From Thermoanaerobaculia bacterium (lineage in GTDB: Bacteria; Acidobacteriota; Thermoanaerobaculia; Multivoradales; JBJKRB01), in assembly GCA_046704885.1 (NCBI GenBank), contig JBJKRB010000158.1, positions 46,400 through 110,399 on the forward strand: a stretch of DNA of 64,000 nucleotides. Reading direction: 5' to 3'. Positions 48,371 through 56,673 of this stretch are shown here, one piece after another (position 1 is the first letter of the stretch; each line of letters starts with the position of its first letter). Under the pieces are notes generated by a model, which saw nothing but the letters and a program-made list of their open reading frames with translations, did not search any database and was not told the DNA's origin. The position numbers and the translations under genes are program-made.

Positions 48371-50014
48371 ATGCCCGACCTTCGGTACCGCGTCCTTCTC
48401 GCGGACTCCCTCGACGAACCGGGGCTCGAGGTGTTGCGCCGCGGTGGCTGCGAGTTGGTCGATGCGAGCTCGGAGGAACGTACCCACTTGCAGGAACGGA
48501 TCGCTCGCTGTCACGGCTTGGTGGTACGTAGCCGCACCAAGGTCGATCGGGCGCTCCTCGCCGCCGCGGTGGACCTGCGCGTGATCGGGTGCTCTGGGAT
48601 CGGCGTCGACAACGTCGACATCGAGGCTGCCACCGAGAGAGATATCGCGATCGTAAATACCCCTACCGCCAACGTCGTCGCAGCGGCCGAGCTGACCCTG
48701 GCTCTGATCCTCTCCTTGGCGCGTAATCTGATGCCGGCGGTCGCCTCGGTAGTCGCCGGCGAGTGGGAGCGGCGAAGATTTCGCGGCATCGAGCTCGCTG
48801 GCAAGACCTTGGGGGTCATCGGATTCGGACGCATCGGGCGGCAGGTCGCGGCGCGTGCCGCGGCCTTTGGCATGAAGGTCGTGGCCACCGACCCCTATCT
48901 CGAGCCGGAGGTCGGACGCCGCTTCACGGTGGAGTTTCTCTCCCTCCACGAGCTCCTGGCGGCCGCGGACGTAGTGACGGTTCACACGCCGCGGACCCCC
49001 GAGACTCGTCATCTGATCGATGCCGAGCGTCTCGGATGGATGAAACCGGGAGCTCTTCTAGTCAACTGTGCGCGAGGTGGCATCGTGGATGAAGGAGCGG
49101 TGCTCGCGTCCCTCGAAGCGGGGATTCTGGCCGGCTTCGGCATGGACGTCCATGAGCAGGAGCCGCCCCGGGATCTGCGCCTGGTGCGCGATCCGAGGGT
49201 GGTGGCGACGCCGCATATCGGGGCCCAGACGGAAGAGGCGCAGCGGCGAGTGGCGGTGGAAGTGGCGGAGCGGCTGGTCGCGGTGCTCGATGGATCGCGG
49301 GCCGTCGATACGGTCAATCTTCCGGCGCGGACCATCGATCGGCGTCTACGGGCCTTGCGCGGTTTGGCGGATCGGCTGGGAGCGCTAGCCGGGGCTCTCC
49401 TTGGCGCGAAGCCCTCGCTCGAGGCGGAAGAGGTCGCTCTCGTGCTCGAGACAAGGGGCATCGAGGAAGGGTTGGCGCAGGCTCTCGCAAGTGGGGCGCT
49501 GGCCGGCTTCGTCCGTGCTCATGAGGAAGGCGAAGCGAGCGACGCGAATGCTCCCCCCCTTTCCGCGCTGGGGGGCGTTTCCGTTTCTCACCACTCAACT
49601 CCCGCCCTGGCGGAAGGGGAGGAGACCGTGACCGTCGAGGTCAGGCGGAGCTCCGGCCCGGTCTGCGTGGTGGGCTCCCTAGGCCCGACTGGGGAGGCCC
49701 GGCTCATGAAGGTCGGCGACGCGGCCGTCGATGCTCCCCTCGCTGGCCCTCTCCTATTGGTCCACATGAGTGCGGAATCCTCTCCGCTCGCGGTCGTTCT
49801 AGGGGAGTTGGAGCGAGCCGCATGCGAGCTCGTGGCGGTTGCCACCTGGCAGCAAGCGGACGGTGGCGGCCGCTCGCTGCTCTTCGCGTTGAAGGTGCCT
49901 GCAGGCGGGGAGCCAGCGCGGAGCATTAGAGCCCTTGCGGGCGTTGCGAGCGCGGTGATGGTGCCTTTCGGCGGCGGCCGGAAGGGAGTGACGGAAGAAG
50001 GGGAGGAGGCCTGA
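48371..50014 (+). CDS. serA: D-3-phosphoglycerate dehydrogenase (long form with ASB and ACT domains)
   Basis: Start set to internal ATG 48371 (MPDLRYRVLLADS). NAD motif GVIGFGRIGRQVA. Catalytic R/H/E region. C-terminal ~200 aa regulatory domains. Confidence 0.9.
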   Translation: MPDLRYRVLLADSLDEPGLEVLRRGGCELVDASSEERTHLQERIARCHGLVVRSRTKVDRALLAAAVDLRVIGCSGIGVDNVDIEAATERDIAIVNTPTANVVAAAELTLALILSLARNLMPAVASVVAGEWERRRFRGIELAGKTLGVIGFGRIGRQVAARAAAFGMKVVATDPYLEPEVGRRFTVEFLSLHELLAAADVVTVHTPRTPETRHLIDAERLGWMKPGALLVNCARGGIVDEGAVLASLEAGILAGFGMDVHEQEPPRDLRLVRDPRVVATPHIGAQTEEAQRRVAVEVAERLVAVLDGSRAVDTVNLPARTIDRRLRALRGLADRLGALAGALLGAKPSLEAEEVALVLETRGIEEGLAQALASGALAGFVRAHEEGEASDANAPPLSALGGVSVSHHSTPALAEGEETVTVEVRRSSGPVCVVGSLGPTGEARLMKVGDAAVDAPLAGPLLLVHMSAESSPLAVVLGELERAACELVAVATWQQADGGGRSLLFALKVPAGGEPARSIRALAGVASAVMVPFGGGRKGVTEEGEEA

Positions 50015-50016
50015 AG

Positions 50017-51087
50017 ATGGCGAGAGTGGGCTTGATCTTCGGGGGTAGGAGCGTCGAGCATCGCGTCTCGATCGTTTCGGCGCGAACGGTGGCCTCGGCG
50101 CTCGGCGAGGCGGGACACGAAGTCGTCCCGCTGGGTATCGCCGAGGATGGATGCTGGGTGGATCCCGAGGCGGCGAAGGCGGCGCTCGATGGTGGTGTCG
50201 AAGCGCTGCCGCCGCTGGCCCGCCCGGTGGTGCCTACCTTGCGTCATCTCCTGGCGGCGGAGGCGGAAGTTCTCTTCCCGATGGTTCACGGAACCTGGGG
50301 CGAGGACGGAAGCCTCCAGGGACTGTGCGAGATGCTCGACCTCCCATTCGTGGGGGCCGGGGTCACGGCGAGCGCCTTGGCCATGGACAAGGCGCAATCG
50401 AAGATGGTGCTGCGCGCATCGGGGATTCCGGTCGTCGACTTCGAGGTCGTTCATCGCCGGGATCTGGAAAGAGCCCAAACGGCGGTCTTGAGCCGCCTGG
50501 CCCGTCTCGAGCCGCCGGTATTCGTCAAGCCGAGCGTGGGAGGTTCGAGCGTTGGAATTCGCAAGGCCGGGCAGCGCTGCGAGCTGGTCGCGGCGCTGGC
50601 TTTCGCCCTACAGTTCGACGACGTGGCCATCGTCGAGCAAGGTATATCAGGGCGTGAGCTCGAGTGCGGCGTTCTCGGTGGCGATCAGCTCGAGGCCTCG
50701 GAAATCGGCGAGATCGTGCCCGGCGGAGAGTTCTACGACTACGCGGAGAAGTACCTGACCGATAGCGCGGAGCTGATCGCCCCCGCCAAGCTCGCGATCG
50801 AGCTTCGCGCCAAGATCCGACGGCTCGCGGTCGCCGCATTCGCCGCGATCGGCGGTCATGGAATGGCGCGCGTCGATTTCCTTCTAGACGAGGAGGGATC
50901 TCTCTACGTCAACGAGCTCAACACCATTCCCGGCTTTACTCGGATCTCCATGTATCCGCGACTCTGGGATCTCTCCGGTGTTCCCCTTCCCGACCTCGTC
51001 GATCGTCTCGTCGCTCTGGCTCTCGAGCGCCACGAGCAGCAAACGCAGGTCGATCGTTCTATCCGCGAGTGGTTGGAATCGCTCTAA
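50017..51087 (+). CDS. ddl: D-alanine--D-alanine ligase
   Basis: 356 aa. ATP-grasp. N-terminal MARVGLIFGGRSVEHRVSIVSA and C-terminal NELNTIPGFT blocks. Confidence 0.95.
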   Translation: MARVGLIFGGRSVEHRVSIVSARTVASALGEAGHEVVPLGIAEDGCWVDPEAAKAALDGGVEALPPLARPVVPTLRHLLAAEAEVLFPMVHGTWGEDGSLQGLCEMLDLPFVGAGVTASALAMDKAQSKMVLRASGIPVVDFEVVHRRDLERAQTAVLSRLARLEPPVFVKPSVGGSSVGIRKAGQRCELVAALAFALQFDDVAIVEQGISGRELECGVLGGDQLEASEIGEIVPGGEFYDYAEKYLTDSAELIAPAKLAIELRAKIRRLAVAAFAAIGGHGMARVDFLLDEEGSLYVNELNTIPGFTRISMYPRLWDLSGVPLPDLVDRLVALALERHEQQTQVDRSIREWLESL

Positions 51088-51125
51088 CGAGCCTTGGAGA
51101 GAGGGCCGCGGCCCTCAGGGCTCGG
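51088..51125. terminator. palindromic GC-rich hairpin (core GAGGGCCGCGGCCCTC, flanked by CGAGCC/GGCTCG) between convergent ddl and rlpA
   Basis: Seen in sequence. Perfect 16-nt palindrome. Confidence 0.4.
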
Positions 51126-51861
51126 CCACGACAAGGGCGGTGAGGCCGTCGGCGACGAGGTGCCGGGCGAGCGCGGTAGCCTGGTCGCGGTCGGCGAAGG
51201 GCCCAATTTGGACCCGGTTCCAGACGCCGTCTGAAGTGACCTGCACGGACGGGTAATTGGGACGGAGCTTGTCCGAGAGCGCTTGCGCAAGGCTGCGCTC
51301 GCGAAATGCGCCGAGCTGCACCGCGTAGCTGGAAATTCGCTCGATCGGTGGCTGGCTGCCCGGATGTCCGTGGACGATGCGCAGGGCGACGCGCGCCGTC
51401 CCGGGTCCGATCATCCCCAGGGCCTGTGCCGCTCCATAAGAGAGGTCGATGATGCGGTGGCGGACGAATGGGCCGCGGTCATTGATGCGCACGGTGATCT
51501 TGCGGCCATTGTCGAGATCTGTTACCTCGACCCAGGTTCCGAAAGGAAGCGTGCGGTGCGCCGCGGTCAAGGCGTGCATGTCGAAGACCTCGCCGCTCGC
51601 CGTCAGTCTGCCGTTGAACTTGGGCCCGTACCAAGAAGCGTACCCGCGCTGCACGCCATGAAATGCCTGGCTGCGGGGATGGGCGCTAACGCAGGCGCCA
51701 ATGGCGACGGCGGCGAGCAGCACGATCACGAGAAGGGGCCGGTTCACCACCGGCCACAAAGAGAAATGGAGATCGAGGTCGAGCGCGGGAAGGTGGTCCG
51801 CCGGCGTGAGAGGGGGCGAGACGCGCTGGGATCGTGAGCTGCTGGCTGGCGGACGTGGCAT
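51115..51861 (-). CDS. rlpA: septal ring lytic transglycosylase RlpA-family protein (DPBB domain) with C-terminal SPOR domain
   Basis: RGYASWYG...TASGEVFD...LTAAHRTLPFGTWVEVTDLDNGRKITVRINDRGPF DPBB signature. C-terminal YAVQLGAFRERSLAQAL SPOR-like. True start may be an internal GTG before the TM segment. Confidence 0.82.
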   Translation of the reverse strand: MPRPPASSSRSQRVSPPLTPADHLPALDLDLHFSLWPVVNRPLLVIVLLAAVAIGACVSAHPRSQAFHGVQRGYASWYGPKFNGRLTASGEVFDMHALTAAHRTLPFGTWVEVTDLDNGRKITVRINDRGPFVRHRIIDLSYGAAQALGMIGPGTARVALRIVHGHPGSQPPIERISSYAVQLGAFRERSLAQALSDKLRPNYPSVQVTSDGVWNRVQIGPFADRDQATALARHLVADGLTALVVAEP

Positions 51862-51869
51862 CGCCGGCC

Positions 51870-53294
51870 TCAGACGGGGGGCTCCTCTATGGCCGCCGCT
51901 TCCAGTTGGCCGAGCGCCGCCTCCGCCACCTCGGACAGAAACTCATCGACCTGGTCGGCGGCCCTTCCGGTGAAGGCGCGAGGATCGAGCCAAGACTGGA
52001 CCTCTTCCCGCTCTAGATGAAAATCGGGGTCCGCCACGATCGCGTCGACAAGAGGGTTGTCGCCACCTCTCTCGACCTCCGCTCGAGCTTCGAAGCTGAG
52101 CTTGCGAATGCGCTCGTGCAGCTTCTGGCGGTCGCCGCCCCGCAGCACCGCCTCCATCAACAGAGTCTCCGTCGCCATGAAGGGCAGCTCGTCACCGACG
52201 CGGCGCTCGATGACGGGCTCGTGAACGCGCAATCCCCCCGCGATGTGCGCCGCCAGGCTCAAGATGGCGTCGGCGGAGAGAAACGCGTCGGGCAGAACGA
52301 GGCGGCGGTTGGCCGAATCGTCGAGGCTGCGCTCGAGCCACTGGGTCGATGCGTTGAGGGGACCGTTGAGGCTGTCCGAGATCAACCTGCGAGACAAGCC
52401 GCACATGCGCTCGCTCCGCACCGGATTGCGCTTGTAAGCCATCGCCGAGGACCCCACTTGCGTTTCGTCGAATGGCTCCGAGAGCTCGCCTAGACCCTGG
52501 AGTAGCCGGATGTCGGTTCCCATCTTGTGACAGCTCTCCGCCAAGCCGGAAAGCAGGGCGAGAATCTGGGAGTCCTGCTTTCGAGGGTAGGTCTGCCCCG
52601 AGACCGCCACCGGATGCCGGAACCCCAAACGCTCGGCGAGCATCTGGTCGAGCCGCCGGACCTTTTCCCGCTCGTCGCCAAAGAGGGTGAGGAAGCTCGC
52701 TTGCGTGCCGGTCGTGCCCTTGACCCCGCGGCAAGCTAGGGTTTCCAGGCGATGCCGGAGCTCCCTGAGGTCGAGCAGGAAGTCTTGGAGCCAGAGACAG
52801 GCTCGTTTGCCTACCGTGGTGAGCTGAGCGGGTTGCAAGTGGGTATAGGCGAGGGTCGGGAGGTCGCGATAGCGACGGGCAAAATCGGAAAGCGCTCCCC
52901 CCACCGCCGCGAGCCGCCGCTCGAGGATCAACAAGGCCTCGCGCGTCAGGAGAATGTCGGTGTTGTCAGTGATGAAGGCGCTGGTCGCTCCAAGGTGGAG
53001 GATGCCGCCCGCCTCTCCCGCCTGCTCGGCGAAGTGGCGCAGGTGGGCGACGACGTCGTGACGCGTCTGGCGCTCGATTTCGGCGACCCGAGCGAGATCG
53101 ATCTTGCCCTCGACACGCTCGAGAGCGACGATCTGGTCGTCCGTGATCGGGATCCCTAGCTCTTTCTCGCACCGGGCCAGAGTGATCCACAGATGGCGCC
53201 ACAGGCTAAATCGGTGTTGGGCCGTGAAAAGGGCGGCCATCTGGGGTGAGGCATAGCGCTCGTGAAGCGCGTTTTGCGGCCGATCGGAGGGCAT
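51870..53294 (-). CDS. purB: adenylosuccinate lyase (eukaryote-like long form)
   Basis: 474 aa. RYASPQMAALF N-terminus, fumarate-lyase signature GSSAMAYKRNP, block-wise similarity to human ADSL. Confidence 0.9.
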   Translation of the reverse strand: MPSDRPQNALHERYASPQMAALFTAQHRFSLWRHLWITLARCEKELGIPITDDQIVALERVEGKIDLARVAEIERQTRHDVVAHLRHFAEQAGEAGGILHLGATSAFITDNTDILLTREALLILERRLAAVGGALSDFARRYRDLPTLAYTHLQPAQLTTVGKRACLWLQDFLLDLRELRHRLETLACRGVKGTTGTQASFLTLFGDEREKVRRLDQMLAERLGFRHPVAVSGQTYPRKQDSQILALLSGLAESCHKMGTDIRLLQGLGELSEPFDETQVGSSAMAYKRNPVRSERMCGLSRRLISDSLNGPLNASTQWLERSLDDSANRRLVLPDAFLSADAILSLAAHIAGGLRVHEPVIERRVGDELPFMATETLLMEAVLRGGDRQKLHERIRKLSFEARAEVERGGDNPLVDAIVADPDFHLEREEVQSWLDPRAFTGRAADQVDEFLSEVAEAALGQLEAAAIEEPPV

Positions 53295-53306
53295 GATTTG
53301 ATCGCG

Positions 53307-53344
53307 ATTCTAGCAGAGCGGGCGGCTCGAGCTGCTGCTAGAAT
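53307..53344. promoter_or_regulatory. 10-bp perfect inverted repeat ATTCTAGCAG-N18-CTGCTAGAAT in the purB/arcA divergent intergenic region; candidate operator for the arc operon
   Basis: Seen in sequence. About 60 nt upstream of arcA ATG 53403. Confidence 0.45.
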
Positions 53345-53402
53345 GGCGCCCTGATCGCGTCGGCAGCCCGAAACTTCCCAAGGCTTGGCTGGCAGTTCGC
53401 TT

Positions 53403-54698
53403 ATGACGATCCGCGTGAATTCTGAAGTCGGTCGTTTGCGTCGCGTGCTCGTGCATCGGCCGGGGCTTGAGATCGAGCGTATGGTCCCTAGTCGCATGGG
53501 GGAGCTGCTCTTCGACGACATCCTCTATGGCGAACAGGCGCGGCAGGAGCACGAGCGCTTCACCGCAATCCTGGCGGGAGCGGGGGTGGAAGTTCTCGAC
53601 TCGGAGCGCCTGCTGGCGGAGATCCTGGAAGAAGACGGGCCGCGGGAAGCGCTTTTCGCCGATCTCGGCCGTGAGTACGGAGTACGCGAAGGAACCCTTG
53701 CCACCTTGCGCGATCTTGGCGCCGAGGAGCTCGCCGGCGCGCTGATCGGCGGCGTTCGCTCAGCCGGTCCGACCTCGCCGCGACCGTCGGAGCTGTTCGA
53801 CCTCGCGCCTCTTCCCAATTACTTCTTTCAACGGGATCCCCAATCGGTCATCGGTGGGCGCGTCGTCATCGCCTCGATGGCGACCGAGGCGCGGGAACGC
53901 GAACCGCTCTTGGCCCGGATGGTCTTTCAGCATCATCCCGCGCTCTCCGGTCATAAGGCGATGTTCGAGATCGATCGTCCGCCCTCTGGAGCTCCCGAGC
54001 ACGATCCGAGACGCGAGTATCCAACGCTCGAGGGCGGAGACGTTCTCGTCGGCTCCCCCGACACGTTGATAGTGGGAATCAGTCAGAGGACGAACCGCCG
54101 CGGAGTCGAGGTGCTGGCCGAGTACCTGCGCCGCGAGCCGACGCCCTTCCGCCACTTGCTCCTGGTCGAGTTGCCCGTGCGGCGTTCCTATATGCACCTC
54201 GACACGGTCTTTACCTTTATCGACAAGGGCTTGGCGCTCGCGTATGCGCCCATCCTCGACCCCGGAAGCGCTGAGGTGGCGAGGATCTACCGGGTGGACC
54301 TCACCGCCGAGGAGCTCGCATTTCGCATCTCGGGTTCGTTGCAGTCGGCGCTCGCGGCGGTTGGGATCGAGCTCTCGGTGATCTCTTGCGGTGGAACCAG
54401 CGACCCCATCGATCAAGAGCGGGAGCAGTGGACCGATGGGGCCAACGCCTTCGCCGTGGCGCCGGGAGTGGTTCTGCTCTACCGGCGCAACCGGCGAACG
54501 ATCGACTCTCTCGCCGAGCATGGGTTTCGCGTCGTCTCGGAGGATGAGGTCCTGGAGGATGGGGTGCCCATCTTGGGTCGAGGCCGGACGGTGGTGACGA
54601 TCGCCGGGGACGAGCTCTCGCGGGCGCGTGGAGGGCCGCGCTGTATGACGATGCCGATCGAGCGTGACTCCCTCGACGAAATCGAGAGCGGAACATGA
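53403..54698 (+). CDS. arcA: arginine deiminase
   Basis: Start set to ATG 53403 (MTIRVNSEVGRLRRVLVHRPG...). C-terminal catalytic Cys context GGPRCMTMPIERD. Confidence 0.9.
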   Translation: MTIRVNSEVGRLRRVLVHRPGLEIERMVPSRMGELLFDDILYGEQARQEHERFTAILAGAGVEVLDSERLLAEILEEDGPREALFADLGREYGVREGTLATLRDLGAEELAGALIGGVRSAGPTSPRPSELFDLAPLPNYFFQRDPQSVIGGRVVIASMATEAREREPLLARMVFQHHPALSGHKAMFEIDRPPSGAPEHDPRREYPTLEGGDVLVGSPDTLIVGISQRTNRRGVEVLAEYLRREPTPFRHLLLVELPVRRSYMHLDTVFTFIDKGLALAYAPILDPGSAEVARIYRVDLTAEELAFRISGSLQSALAAVGIELSVISCGGTSDPIDQEREQWTDGANAFAVAPGVVLLYRRNRRTIDSLAEHGFRVVSEDEVLEDGVPILGRGRTVVTIAGDELSRARGGPRCMTMPIERDSLDEIESGT

Positions 54699-55723
54699 AC
54701 CAGCCGGTTCAGACCTCCCTTCTGCACCCTTTGACTCTCGTCGCCTTTGGCGGCAATGCCTTATTGCAGCCGGAGGACCTGGGTCGCGTCGAAGAACAGA
54801 AGGAGCGCGCTGAGCGCGCCTCGCGGACCCTGTGCGATCTAGTGACTGGAGACCGCGATTTGGTGGTGGTTCACGGTAACGGTCCGCAAGTCGGTCAAGT
54901 TCTCATTCAAATGGAGGAGGCCGCGACCAAGGTCCCACCGGGCACCCTCGACGTCGCGGTGGCTCAAACCGAGGGAAGCATGGGGTTCTTGCTCGAGCTG
55001 GCTCTTCGCAATTGCATGCGGGAGCGTGGCCTCACTCGCGAGGTCGCGACCGTTCTCTCCCTCGTGGTGGTGGATCGCGAGGATCCCGCTTTCGCTACGC
55101 CTTCGAAGCCGATCGGTCCGTTCTTCTCGCGCTACCGGGCGCACGTCCTCGAGCGCGAGCAAGGTTGGCAGATGGTCGAGGATTCGGGGCGCGGCTGGCG
55201 CAAGGTCGTAGCGAGCCCGCGACCGTTGGAGATCGAGGGACTCGCGCCGGTTCGGCAGTTGCTTTCCAACGGGGTAGTCGTGATCGCGGGCGGTGGCGGG
55301 GGCATTCCCGTGATTCGTCAGGAGGACGGTTCATTGGTCGGCGTCGAGGCGGTTATCGACAAGGACCGTACCGCCTCCCTGCTGGCGTGCGAGCTCAGAG
55401 CCGAGCTCTTGGTTATCCTCACAGGGGTGCCCCAGGTGAGCAAGAATTTCGGCAAGAAGGGCGAGGAGCCTTTGGCTGCTCTCGGCCTGCGAGCCGCCCG
55501 CCGCATGCTCGAGCACGGCCAGTTTCCACCTGGAAGCATGGGGCCCAAGATCGAAGCTGCCATGGATTTCGTCGCCAGGAGCGGGAATCCCGCAGTCATC
55601 ACTGATATCGACCATTTGAGCGCGGCGGTAGCCGGTGAGGCCGGCACCGTGATCCGATCCGATCCGGTGGCGCGCAAATCACGGACGCCGCGAGGCTCTA
55701 GAGGAGTAGAGAAGAGATCATGA
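54695..55723 (+). CDS. arcC: carbamate kinase
   Basis: ATGA overlap with arcA. VAFGGNALL ... VVVHGNGPQVG and amino-acid-kinase fold blocks. Confidence 0.9.
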   Translation: MNQPVQTSLLHPLTLVAFGGNALLQPEDLGRVEEQKERAERASRTLCDLVTGDRDLVVVHGNGPQVGQVLIQMEEAATKVPPGTLDVAVAQTEGSMGFLLELALRNCMRERGLTREVATVLSLVVVDREDPAFATPSKPIGPFFSRYRAHVLEREQGWQMVEDSGRGWRKVVASPRPLEIEGLAPVRQLLSNGVVVIAGGGGGIPVIRQEDGSLVGVEAVIDKDRTASLLACELRAELLVILTGVPQVSKNFGKKGEEPLAALGLRAARRMLEHGQFPPGSMGPKIEAAMDFVARSGNPAVITDIDHLSAAVAGEAGTVIRSDPVARKSRTPRGSRGVEKRS

Positions 55724-56646
55724 CCGTACGGCACCTGCTGACCCTGCATGACTGGAGTGCGACCGAGATCCAAGCGCTGTTCCAACGCGCGGCCGCGCTC
55801 AAAGAGGACCCCGATCGCTTTCGCCAGTCGCTCGCCGGCAAGAGCCTAGCGATGATATTTCAGAAGTCATCGACGCGAACCCGAGTGAGCTTCGAAGTCG
55901 GCATGTTCCAGCTCGGCGGCCATGCGCTCTTTCTTTCGGCGCGCGACATTCAGCTCGGGAGGGGTGAGACGATCGCTGATACCGCGCGGGTTCTCTCTCG
56001 CTACGTGGACGGGATCATGGCCCGGACCTTCGCTCACCAGGACGTTCTCGACCTGGCTCAATACGGGTCCGTTCCCGTGATCAATGGTCTGACCGACGAT
56101 CTGCACCCCTGCCAGGTATTGGCCGACTTCTTCACGTTGCGCGAGCGCTTCGGCGATCTCGCCGGACGCAAGATCGCGTACGTCGGGGACGGCAACAACA
56201 TGGCGCGCTCCCTGATGTTCGGGGCCGCCAAGGTCGGAATGTCCATCGCCATCGCCTCTCCCAAGGGGTATGAGGTGTCCGGCCCCTATCTCGAGCTCGC
56301 GCGGCAGGACGCCAGCGAAGCGGGGACGACGATCACTGTCACCGACAGCCCGGATGAGGCGGTGGCGGAAGCCTCGGCGGTCTATACCGACGTCTGGGCT
56401 TCGATGGGGCAGGAAGACGAATCGGCGGCGCGCAAGAAGAAGTTCCAAGGATTCACCGTCGATCAGGCGTTAATGGCGAAGGCGCTTCCCGAAGCGGTCT
56501 TTCTTCATTGCTTGCCGTGTCACCGGGGCGAGGAGGTGACGGCGGAGGTCGCCGACGGTGCCCAGAGCGCCATCTTCGACGAAGCGGAGAATCGTCTTCA
56601 CGTGCAAAAAGCCGTTCTCTTGTCCCTCTTGACCGAGCCCATCTAG
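55720..56646 (+). CDS. arcB: ornithine carbamoyltransferase
   Basis: ATGA overlap with arcC. STRTR, HPCQ and HCLP motifs. Confidence 0.9.
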   Translation: MTVRHLLTLHDWSATEIQALFQRAAALKEDPDRFRQSLAGKSLAMIFQKSSTRTRVSFEVGMFQLGGHALFLSARDIQLGRGETIADTARVLSRYVDGIMARTFAHQDVLDLAQYGSVPVINGLTDDLHPCQVLADFFTLRERFGDLAGRKIAYVGDGNNMARSLMFGAAKVGMSIAIASPKGYEVSGPYLELARQDASEAGTTITVTDSPDEAVAEASAVYTDVWASMGQEDESAARKKKFQGFTVDQALMAKALPEAVFLHCLPCHRGEEVTAEVADGAQSAIFDEAENRLHVQKAVLLSLLTEPI

Positions 56647-56673
56647 AGGACGCGGAGGTCGGCGAAACGCGCC

